A stretch of DNA of 61,509 nt, the filler included, from Basidioascus undulatus (Eukaryota), in assembly GCA_000826855.1 (NCBI GenBank). It is 7 parts of 7 records of this genome, joined end to end, with 100 filler letters (N's around TTAATTAATTAA, not from the genome) between each part and the next. Parts side by side here need not be neighbours in the genome. Positions count along the whole stretch, not along the records: positions 11,713 to 17,456 come from JTLS01001877.1; positions 17,557 to 23,298 come from JTLS01001878.1; positions 23,399 to 29,137 come from JTLS01001879.1; 4 more parts are not named here. One strand, given 5' to 3'. Of this stretch, positions 13,852 to 24,656 are shown piece after piece (within the stretch, counting starts at the first letter, position 1; every line of letters begins with the position of its first letter). The position numbers were made by a program, and so were the translations under genes. The notes below the pieces were generated by a model that ran no database searches, was not told the origin of the DNA, and saw only the letters and a program-made list of their open reading frames with translations.

Positions 13852-15243
13852 ATGTCGCCTGTCGTACACCCTCTGGAAGTCACTACCAACTTGATTTATG
13901 GCGCTCCGCACCGCCAAGCCCCCGAGACCGTTGTCGGCGCTCGAGGAGCGTAATTGGAGCTGGAGGACGGTAGGCTGTGAGTACACAACGTTGGTGTCCT
14001 CGCGATAACGCATGGTAAAGCTTCTGACGATCGAAAACAAACTCAGCACTCTCGACTGATGTGTCGGTGCGGCAGTCGCCAGCATCGGACACGGCGACCA
14101 ACGCATTGTCAATGCGGTCGACAAGCAACTCACCACCCTTCATACCACTACACTTCTCGTCTCACGGACCTTATGCGTCTTTCCCTCAGGATTCAAGAGT
14201 ACCTGCCTTGTACTGACTGCCGCAATAGGCCGCCGAAGAGCTTGGTCGGAAGCTCGTGGGTGACCGTCCGGGCGGCCTTTCGCACGCCATCTTCCTGTCA
14301 TACGGGTCGGAAGCCAACGAGTCCGTCATCAAGCTCGCTCAGCAGTACTTCTGCGAGATTGGACAGTCCGAACACGTTCACATAGTCCCTCTGCACAACA
14401 GCTACCACGGCAACTCGATCGGCTGTGTTTCGCTTACCGGCATCCCTGTGCGTCTTCATCATCCCAAATTGGCTTCCTGTTCAGAACGCGTAACTGACAG
14501 CCTCCTGCACAATGCCCTTCTGAATTATGGAGCCGTCGGAAGCACTTCGAGCCCATCCTCATCCGACCACTTCTCGCGTGTTGTGTCGCCCTGCTACACC
14601 TACCACTACAAGCTCGAGGGCGAGAGCGATGCCCTACGCCGAGTGGCTCGCGGCTGCGCTCGATGCCGAGCTCGTTCGGGTCGGACCCCACACCGTGGCA
14701 GCGTTTTTCGCAGAGACAGGCCAGCCTCCTTCTATTTCTCTAGACTGTTACACCAGGGTGACTGACCTAAATGCATATTGTTATGCAGTCGGCGGCGCAG
14801 CAGCCGGGAACCTGACGCCTGTGCCCGGCTACTTCAAGGCCATTCGGCACGTGTGACAACTGCGGCGTACGGCTCCTCCTATACGAGATCATGTGTGGCA
14901 TGGGGCGGGCGGGCAAGTTCCTTGCTTAGGAGGGGGAGGGTGAATCGACTACACGGATCGAACCCGCTGCTCTGAAGCATCCCCGCTGACGTTTCCGATA
15001 CTGCTCTAGGCGTCGATCCGGACATCCAAACAATCGGCAAGGGCCTCAATGGAGGCTATCAGCCGCTCTCAGCCATGCTCATGCAGCAGAAGATCGTCGA
15101 CGGGCTGCGCTCGGGGTCGGGCGCGTTCGCGAATTGCCAGACTTTCGAATGCCACCCCGCTGCTGCCGTTGCCGGACTCGCCGTCCTCAACATATTCGAG
15201 AGCCACAATGCCATAAACAACTGCTCTAAGCGCGGCAAGGAGG
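13852..15243 (+). pseudogene. Class-III PLP aminotransferase pseudogene
   Basis: Motifs GAAVASIGHG, GSEANESVIKLAQQY, SYHGNSIG, VAAFFAET-VGGAAAG..PGYFKAIR, EIMCGMGRAG and PDIQTIGKGLNGGYQPLS (PLP lysine). Lesions: in-frame TAA at 13951-13953, frameshifts near 14634 and 14854, DE changed to YE at the PLP-binding Asp, and no recognisable C-terminus. Confidence 0.85.
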
Positions 15244-17456
15244 TGAGAAATTTTATTTCTTAGATTTTCTCCTGCACCGGCGAATGCTGACAAAATGCCT
15301 ACCGTACAGATGTACGCCGCTCTACCCGCACGTTGAGGAGATCCGGTAAGCTCTAGCTGCTCCTTCTTATCACTTCTAGCTATCACCCCTTGTGTGCTGT
15401 GTCGGCTGATAAAGTAATTTCCTTCCCTCCTTCGTCTTCCCTCGCAGCGGGCGCCGAGGACACTTTAGGATCTTACATGACATCCGGTGCTTATCTGATT
15501 CAGACGTTTTCGCAGTGCATGTGTTGTTCCGACTTTCGGTTCGCCTGCTTGCACTGCAGCCTTTCTGAATCACTCTCTGCGCTCGCACCTCAGTTTCGGC
15601 GCACAAGCCTGTGGCGTTGACTGAACTTTTATCCCACTGAACAATCAGATTAAGCATACATGTATCAGAGTCGGCTTACAGCACTCTCGCCTTCGCAAAC
15701 CAGGAATGGCGATCAAGTCGCATTGGCTGCCCCGCTGCCAGCAGCGCATGACCCTTCCAAGATACAGCCACACGGCACTCCCATTTACTCCCTCTTGGGC
15801 GCTTCCTCTGGAAGTCCCTACACCTCCCCCTTCCCCGGGGGCTTCGGACCCCCACCCACCATCTCCCCCAGCCTCAGCGCCCTTGCGTACACCCCGGCTG
15901 TAATGAGCATGAACACGCCGCCGTCAACTGCCTGTCCTCCCCCATCCCTTCCCCTCTATCAGCACTGTTCTCCTCCCTTCCCATCCCATACAGGACCCCG
16001 ATACGCACCTGGTACACCAGCAGCGCCACCGCCCCAGCAAGCACGTGCCACACGACCCGGAGAACCAAGCTCCTGTGTGGGCGGGTCCCCACCAGGAACG
16101 AGAGGGGGCACTCGAGCGCGAGGGTACTTAGCCCCAAGAGAAGCGTGAGGAGCTGGAGGAGGGGGACGGTCTCGGTGATGGTGAGGAAGGGGGCGGTGGA
16201 GGGGGGCGGGTTGGGGGAAGAGCGGAGTGAGTGCAACGGAAGGGCAGGGGAGCAAAGGATGAGAAGTACATGAGACCCGCGGAACCGAGCGTCGCCTCGA
16301 CCATGTCCCAGAAGAATTTGCGGAAGAATAGTCCCCCTTGTTCCAGGTGGATCAGCGGACGAGGGGAACAAGGCAGAGAGAGAAGTGTACAGAGGGCAGC
16401 CCACGCGATGTCTGTCCTTCCGAAACCATCAGCGCTTTTAACAGAATTTCAGATTCTAGTGGGTTGAGCGAACACGCACAAGCCCCGGAAGAGAGCGCAA
16501 GGAGACGTCCCCACTCGTGCCAGACGAGGTTGCCCATTGCGGATCGGTAGAGATGGCGGAGATGGCGGAGAAGTGAGAAGTGGAAGAGAATCAAGGCGGA
16601 CCTGTCGCAGAGGATTGAAGAAGGAGAAAACGAAAGATGATGATGGGCAGAAGGAGTCGGACAGGCAAGGAAGCGAGTGAGATCGCCGACTGGCAGGCAG
16701 AACGCTGCGTTTCGTCCTCCCCTTTCACAGGCGGCAGTCGTCAAGGAGCGCCAAGGAGCGCTGGTTTGGGCGAGTTTGGGCGAGTCCACTCCTTTCGCAT
16801 GGGCTCTGAACTTACAGTGCCGGGTCTAGATAAACATATCTCCAACAGTCCGGGTCTGGTCTGCACTTGATTCTGTATGAATGTGCAACGCAGTGTTGAT
16901 GGTAGCGACAGGCAGCGACACTGCTGTTGAAGAATGATCTACCGTGCGTGGAAGCCTCGGACGACCGAAAATTGAATGATGAAGCGACCGCTGTGCCTCC
17001 TTTGCTTCACCGTTATGGTACCATGTCCTTCATGTTGCAACCCCCTCAGCATATGTTGTGTCAAAAAGAAGAACGTCCACACGAACGTGTACTACGCAAG
17101 CTGCCGGTCAAAATGCGAGCAGACTGGCAAACCTACGCAAATTGATCGCACGTGAAAATCTCCGGTGCGGGCCGATATCGGGATTTCGGGTGCGGCGGCC
17201 TCGCCCATGCCGCCACCTCGCATTCGGCGTTCTCTTCAAGCTCGCCATCAATCATCCCAGGCTATATCCTTCTTGTCTTCATCCCCTCACCTTCTCTCTT
17301 CCACCCGACCCATCCCAGAGTTCTCTAGCGGGCCCAATTTTTTTTTTAATATCCAGGGCAGCTAGCTGGGAAACCTGCTCCCTGTCTACCCTGCATCAGC
17401 CATGAGCGCGCCCACTTCGTCTCCCGCGCCCCGTTTGACCCCTCCCCTCCCCGGGC

Positions 17457-17556
17457 NNNNNNNNNNNNNNNNNNNNNNNNNNNNNNNNNNNNNNNNNNNN
17501 TTAATTAATTAANNNNNNNNNNNNNNNNNNNNNNNNNNNNNNNNNNNNNNNNNNNN
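17457..17556. other. Artificial contig linker
   Basis: N44-TTAATTAATTAA-N44. Confidence 0.99.
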
Positions 17557-17559
17557 AAG

Positions 17560-17595
17560 TCGTAGTCAGATACTCTACCATTGAGCCAGCCGGCC
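17560..17595 (-). tRNA. tRNA-Arg(ACG) 5' half (positions 1-37)
   Basis: Minus strand GGCCGGC TG GCTC AATGGTA GAGT A TCTGA CT ACG A, followed by CTT and the contig end. Confidence 0.9.
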
Positions 17596-17596
17596 A

Positions 17597-17632
17597 TGAC
17601 CGACGCAGGGATCGAACCTGCAACCCCCTGAT
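17597..17632 (-). tRNA. tRNA-Arg(ACG) 3' half (positions 38-73), located upstream of the 5' half
   Basis: Minus strand A TCAGG GGGTT GCAGG TTCGATC CCTGC GTCGGTC A. It completes the acceptor stem (GGCCGGC/GTCGGTC) and anticodon stem (TCTGA/TCAGG) with the 5' half at 17560-17595. Confidence 0.88.
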
Positions 17633-19144
17633 CTCGACTCCCACTCGCTTACGCTGAGTGGTGGTCGTTGCAGGTGCTGAAAATAATATGTGTCAAAAGC
17701 GTTGCCTACACATTCATGCACAACAGCGGTAAAGATCATACTAAGAATTTATAGTCATAGTACATAATGATACCACAATCAATGATATCTGCCTGGGGAG
17801 CCCTGTAAGTTTGCCTGAGAACGGCTTGTATGCGGTGTTCAACCGAAGCGCAGCAACACGCAGCAACACGAACCGCTTTCAAGACTAAACTTACCGACAC
17901 CTCTCACATGTATAATTCGATGCATTTATTGTCACCGCAGTGTTGATAAAAGAGCAGCACACGGAGTGAACGCACTGCAACAGGCTGAGATGTCATTGAA
18001 CAGTGTCACATTTTCAGGCTTTGTTACTAGGGAGGCTTGAATCACAGCAAGTAACCTCGAGAGTAAGGGTCTCATATCCAGACCTGATCCCCCGAGACTA
18101 TCTCGACAACGTTCCTGATCTCCTCATACCCGTCTTCTTGGCTTACCGAAGTCAGGATCCCATTCGCATGCCGCATGTCTTCCTCAGCCCCCTTCGAGGC
18201 CATGGCCAACTTGACGGTTCCAGCCTGCTCCACGTTCGAAGAAAGGTCCCGAAAAAATCATACCCATCGGGTCGGCTGAGGATCGCTTCCTCAAAGCAGA
18301 AGTGAAGAGTCAGGTGGCGCAGAGGAAGGTGTCGAGGAAGATCAATGAGCGTATCACCCTGCCAGGTGTAACCGCGACATCCCACCTCGAGCTATATGAG
18401 GCGAGTCCATGTACAAATCAGTGATTCGAATTGAGCGTCATCGAAGCGGGGAAGCGAGGCAGAGTGCGGGCTGACGCGGTGAAGCGCAGCGACGTGTTTC
18501 GGACCGATCCCGAAGTACTCTTTCAGCACGAGATGATCGACTGGGCCGCAAGCAATGATGATTCCCTCGAAGAGAGATGAATCGTTATCAAAGGAATAGG
18601 AGGACATGGCGCTTGGCCGCACCGCGGCGCCGAGATGAGGGCTGGCCGTGAAGACATTCAGAAGCTTCCTCGTGCTTTGGTCCGCTATTACGAAGCTGAA
18701 GGACGGTCGACTATCATCCGAACCTGGGGTTTTTCCCTGTATGCCCGCATCTTGCCTGCAAAAAAAAGCGGCCTCACCCGCGAGCGAATGCCAGATGAGG
18801 CGGAACGCAAGGCGTTCCTGCTGGGGCAGGATGTCGAGCGTGAAGGCGAGGATGTGGGGCTCGAGCTCGAGCTGAAGAACTGGCTGTTGCAGGAGGGTGA
18901 CACATTGCTGTCAACGACAGGTGGACCAAGGTGGACATAAGCCTGGCCATTGCCGCGCCCATCCCAGCCCTGCAAGGGGAGTGTGGGCGACTCACTATCG
19001 GAGAGTCGGTCATAGCGAAGAAGGGGGACAAATTTGAGCCGCGCTGGGGTGAGTGAGGAGTTGGGATCTTGAATGTGTTTTCGCGAAAGAGCGAGATGGT
19101 GGCAAGAGGGTGACAAGAGGGCAAGTGAACGCGACGCATTCCGA

Positions 19145-19176
19145 AACGACCAACGACCAACGACCAACGACCAACG
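19145..19176. repeat. Heptanucleotide tandem repeat (AACGACC)x4.6
   Basis: aacgaccaacgaccaacgaccaacgaccaacg read directly. Confidence 0.9.
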
Positions 19177-20858
19177 CAGCGTGCATCTGGAAGGTGCATT
19201 GACCCGTAGCCCTGCATTCTGGACTACGGATGTTCTGTGCAATAGAATATATCGTAACTGCAGACTTGCCGTCCAGAGGCATCGTTGCATCTGATTCCGC
19301 CTTTCCAGCAACCTTGTTGCGCACCAAATAACCTTTCGCTCAGCCGGAAGTCTCTCCATTTTAAGTGAAGTGACTTCTGCGCCGAATCTCACCTGGACGT
19401 CTAACATCGTCAATGCGCCGCGCAGCACCCCCTGGCTTCGCACCGTCGTGGAAGGGCCGAGTCCCGCGAAGAAGGAAACCGAACGCAGGTCATCATCTGC
19501 GGCCGCTTGATTTTATCGATGATACCCGCAGGATAGAAAGGAATCTCATGCGCATGTAATGGACCTTCGCGCTCACGCTGCTGGACGAGGAGGGGAAGCC
19601 AAAGGAGCGGCAGGCGACGCTGGAGCATGCTTTTCCCGAGGTCGCGCACAGCTGCATGTTCGAGGGTATTGACCCAGTCTATGCAGCCCGCAATGCACCA
19701 GTAGTTGGGTTCCCTGAGACCTAGTACGGGTGATGCGGCGACTAGGTCCCCGAGCCTCTCGTTCTGAAGAGGGTTGGGGAAGGGACTTCGTAAGCTTGTG
19801 CGATTACTTCGGACAGGCCGGATGATTATTGGGTCTGAGGTGCTCCTTCGCAGTGTCGCAACCTACACTCTCACCATTCCTCCCGACCTCCCGCTTGACA
19901 TCCTCCAGAGCACCAAGGAGTTCATGCTGGTTTTCACCCTCCCGCCCAATATCCGACACTGCTAGCACACCTGTCCAAGGTACGGCACAAATTTACACTG
20001 CTTTCGTTGCATGCATACAGAAGAAACATCCCACAACAAGGCCATTGAGTCAGACATACTTCTCTAGTCCAGGCAACTTGTGCGTCTTTTAACGCTGCTG
20101 TAGACGTCCCAATACAAACCCCTTCGTTCTTCAGGCTGCATTTCGGCGAGGACCCACACCTGTACACAGCTCCCGGCTCCCTCACTCGCCCTATCTCGCT
20201 CGAGTGCGTCAGGACAGACGAGATACGGAGCACCGCGAAAGTCCGGCTCCCTCGGGCGGCTAGCAGGCTGGGCCTCACAGCCCCGAGCGAGGACGACAAG
20301 CGGGTGCACACGCTCAAGGCAGTCAATCAATACACCCACGATGGTTGCGCGAGGGTGATCCTGCGCTTGTACAATGATGTGAACACCGCCTCAACCCTGT
20401 CGGGCAGGCTGCACCCGTTCTTTGGGCCCGACGAACTCATCGACAATCGAAAGGCTTTCACTTTCTGCCCGTCTGCCTTACATCCTATCTGTGCTTCATG
20501 CATGCGTGTACTGAGCTATTTTCAAAGGCAAATGCGACTTCAGCCAAATATGCTGCGCTAGTCCCAGCTCACAATCTGCGCATGACGATTCGCGGGGGAT
20601 TGTTTGCGAAGAGCTCGCCGGAAATGAGCGGCATCCCGATACGCCAACGGACAGATCCGTAATGTGAGGATTCTGAGCAAGGCAACGTCGGTACGGAGCG
20701 TATTACACCCCATTCGTGCTCACCAGCACGGCCTTACCAGCGCCCCGCCCCGCCCTTTCGCGCTCGAGCAGCGCCGAGCCACTCCCCGTTCCTCGCGCAG
20801 CCGCCGTCGCGAACCGCCTAGTCAAAAGGAATCCCTATAGATACCTCGCCACCCCCCT

Positions 20859-22658
20859 CTAATGCGGCGTCGCCTCCGCCCCCATCCCTCCACCGCGCTC
20901 CATCTCCTCCACGCTAATTAGCACGCCGCTCGTCCGCAGCCGCTCGAGCTCCGCATCCCGCGGGCCGCCCTTCTCTTTCCTGTTCGATCCGCAACTCCAT
21001 CAGTTTTCTCGCACAACTCAGAGAGAAGCGGAGAGAAGAGAAGTGGGGACGAACGCTAGCAAGTCTACTACACCACGCAGCACTTCGCCCGCCCCCCACT
21101 CGACCTTCTCCGCGCCGTCGAGGTCATCCGCGCGTGTGGGGCCGACGTTGAGGAGCAGGACGGGCTTTTTGGATTCTACTGCTTGTTTTACTAGTCTGTG
21201 TGCGGGTAGAGCGCGCGGGCGTCAGCTGCCTGATGAGGGAGAGAAAAAAGAAGAGAGGGAAATGAGGAAGAACGCACCGAAAAGCAGAGTACGTAGCTAG
21301 ACTAGACCCAACGACGAGCACGCGCTCCGCTTGATCGACCATCTCTATGCTCCTCCCCTTCTGTTCCTCTACCCACCCTCCTCTAAATCAGCCTATCCCC
21401 CTCTCTCTCCCTCTCCTCCCGAAACGCACCGCTCAGACTTTGCCCAAAGAACACCACATCCGGCTTCCACCACGCGCCGCTCTGTCCCCTCAACCCCTCC
21501 GGCTCGGGAAACTGGAACGCAGCGTAGTTGAGCCCGCCAGGGAGCTCGACGTCCCCGTCCGGGTTCGTCTTGAACGTGGTGCGCGAGGCGAGGAAGTCGG
21601 CCCATGCGGGGTTGAGGGAGGCAAGCTGCGACTGGAAGGTGCTGCGTAGGAGGCGGGGGTAGGTCGGGTGGGAGGGGACGTGCACGTACTGGGTAGGAGG
21701 CGGAGGAGGGTGAGTGGGTGGAGATTGGGGAGAGGGGGGGGACGCACGTGCAGGGTGCCGTGTAGCTCGAGAATTGTGGAGTCGGGGGAGAGCGCGGAGG
21801 GAGTCGCTTTGTGGTGCAGGCGGTCGACGTTCTGCTTGCGCAAGGGCGGGATGATAAGCCGACCATGGGAAAGTAGGGAGACGCGAGGTTGGTAATGCAC
21901 CTGTGTTATCAACCCGTCCACCAAGCCGAGGTGCTGCAGCGCCGCTATAGAGAAGTGTGTGCGGTTGGGCTGCGCGCGCTGGACGGGCGCGTAGCCGAAG
22001 AAGGATCGGGCCCCTGTACGAGCATACAGTATGAGTTAAGCAACAGTATTGGTATATTGAGGAGATGCTGACAGTATCGTTGCCGGAAACGGAAGCCTTC
22101 TTTTGATTCTTCGGCGAACTGGCGGGGTGGCAGGGTGAGGGAGCAGGAAAGCTGCGGGAGAGAAGGGAGACGCACCTCGTGGTAGAAGATAGGGCGATAC
22201 TTCTTATGCAGCTCGTAGTGCCCTGCTCATTCCTACATTCAGCATTCCCCAAGTATGTGATGCCCAGAGCGCACTCCCACCTTGTTTCCCCCGATACGCA
22301 CGAATCCCACTGCCTCCCTCTCATCAGCCTCCCTCTCTCCCTTCATCACCTCTCCCACTCACCTCTCCACCGACACACCCGCCCCAGTAATCACAAGCGT
22401 CCCTCCCCGTGCCTCCTCCCCGCCGCCCTTGCCGCCCGTCAGAAACGCGGCGACGCGCGCGATGGCGGTGGGGAGGGTGTAGTTGTTGGGCGCGGCGGGC
22501 CGCTTGGGCGTCGGGATCGAGGGAATCTGGAGCCGCCTGCGCGGGAGCCGCTTCAGCGCTGTGGTTGCTGGTGCGGAGGAGGTGGATGCCATAGGAGGAT
22601 TGCGGGTGGCGGTGGGAGGAGAGGGTGTAAGGGAAGAGAGAAGACGCGTCGGGTGCAT
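20859..22658 (-). CDS. NAD+-dependent sirtuin, SIRT4-like (class II); possible mitochondrial presequence
   Basis: Spliced motifs ITGAGVSV..SGIRAYRG, YRPIFYHE, RQRY-WARSFFGY..AQPNRTH, GLITQ-NVDRLHHKA, ELHGTLH, LNPAW..NPDGDVEL, KPDVVFFG, VLVVGSSLATYSAFR-LVK and LLNVGPTRAD. Start is ATG 22658 (MHPTRLLSSL) or 22592; last exon inferred. Confidence 0.92.
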
Positions 22659-22925
22659 CAGGGCCCGACGATCGGCAGGCACTCTATCTGGCTTCTTTCC
22701 GTCTGATGTCCGCGGATGGTTTGGTCATCTCGCTGATTTCGTCACTTTCGCCCTCCACCTGGCACCGCTGCAAGCGAGCGAGCACCAACAACCACCTCCC
22801 TCCAGCTCGCTGCTTGTTCCCCAACGCCCATGCTCCCCCGCCTGCGCCTCCTCTCGCAGCACCTCCCCCGCACAACCACCCGAACTCTCCAGCACCCCCT
22901 CCGCGCCTTCTCTCAGTCCGCAATC

Positions 22926-23298
22926 ATGTCCGCTGCTGGCAACGCCGCGCGCGAGACCTCCGGGTTCAAGTTCAGTAGGTTGGCACGCGGGAGGCGGTGA
23001 TTGGCATACTTCCTTTGGGGGACGCTGGGGGGACAGGACGCTGATGTGTGGTGGTACGCGGCGGATAAGACCACACGATGCTCCGCATTAAAGACCCGAA
23101 GAAGAGTCTGGCGTTCTACCAGGATGTCATCGGTGCGTCTTCCTGCCATCTCATGCTGAGGTCCGGCGAGGCTGATATCCCACCGAACAGGCATGGAGCT
23201 GTTCGTCGCATACCAGTTCCCTTACCTAATCCACCTCTGACGATCCGGGACAAACGCACAGGATTGACAAGCACGACGGCGGCGACTTCACCCTTGTC
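22926..23298 (+). CDS. GLO1: Glyoxalase I (lactoylglutathione lyase), 5' part
   Basis: Spliced MSAAGNAARETSGFKF-NHTMLRIKDPKKSLAFYQDVI-GMEL-IDKHDGGDFTL, the GLO1 N-terminal signature. Truncated by the contig end. Confidence 0.9.
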
Positions 23299-23398
23299 NN
23301 NNNNNNNNNNNNNNNNNNNNNNNNNNNNNNNNNNNNNNNNNNTTAATTAATTAANNNNNNNNNNNNNNNNNNNNNNNNNNNNNNNNNNNNNNNNNNNN
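23299..23398. other. Artificial contig linker
   Basis: N44-TTAATTAATTAA-N44. Confidence 0.99.
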
Positions 23399-24656
23399 CC
23401 GGACTTGATGAGTGCGTTGGTGGAGGGGGGTTTCGGGCCGAGGAGGGAGGAGGGAGGGGAGAAGAAGGAGGGGGATGGAGGGGCCAGGGGGGATTACGAG
23501 AAGTTTTTGGAGGGGATGGAGGATTTGTTGTGAGGGTGAGCCTGGGGATGCACGTGCTGCTGGTGAGAGGCGCGAGATGAGCGTTGGAAGGAGCACTGAG
23601 CGGGTGGATGGTCAAATTCTACAGTCTACACGCAGGCGGTATGCGTTGTGCGCTTTCAGGAGGGTTTGCGGGGGTGCCCTCGCAATACCCAAGACTTGAA
23701 GGGAAAGGAGGGACGAAAGGGAGGAGGGGAGTTGAGGGCTCGTCGACTACGTGAAGGCAGTAAGGCGGGTCTCCTCTCGCCATCACCTTTCCCCTTGATG
23801 TACAGTATTCGCGTTACGATCAACGATCAACCACCGCCTACACCCAGCGAGGCATAACCACTCGCATGCTTCGCCCCTGCACTTGGCAGTCCGCTAGTTG
23901 CCTCGCTCTCCGAGGGTGCGGAGGCTGCTTGACGGCCCTCTCGATCAGGTTATCTAAATGTCAGAGTGGCACCTGGGTGCTCCCGGATGCGCTTTGAACA
24001 TGAAATACCATGGGAAGCCATCAGAAGTCTAGACGACATACTGGGCAGCAGGTTGTCAAGACATGAGCAAGAACGCGGCGGCCACTTGACCACTGCACAA
24101 GGATAGACACGGCTTGGAATTCCTCATGGGTTTCGCCGCACGAATGCATAGGTAGGGAACACTCAACGCACCCTTTCGTAGGGCACCCGCGTCACTCAAG
24201 GCGCCCGGCAGTTGGTCCATGCAACGACATGGCATGTACTCAGTGCGTCTGTCTACGCTGCACGGCGTCTCTCCGCTCTCCAAACGAGTTTGCACGTCGA
24301 CGTAGCGCATTCCTCCATCGCGACCTGGGCGCTGACCCGGTGCGAGGGGTCGACGACGAGGCGAATTTAATACGGAAAAGGGGAATGATTTGAAAAAAGT
24401 CACAGGAAATGCTTAGTGCCGGGGCTGGGCGGGGCTTACAGTTGCAGTCCCATTTCCATGTGCAGCCCGAGCAAGACTCGCATCGCCGCTGCATCTCCCA
24501 CGTCCTACAATGTCCTCAGTTTCATATTGGTCCCGCTCAGGGCAAACACCCGTCGCAGCCATATCTGACCACACGAGCCGTCAAGCACATACAACTCCAA
24601 CATCTCAAGATCTTTCCATTCTTCATTTCATAACCTCAACATCCCTCCCATCCCTC

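Noticed and set aside
15660..16260. Proline-rich ORFs
   Set aside because: Low-complexity C/G-skewed sequence with no domain or consistent exon structure.
18003..20561. Several 70-250 aa ORFs on both strands
   Set aside because: No recognisable motifs, codon bias or consistent splicing. Possibly gene relics, but I cannot support a call.
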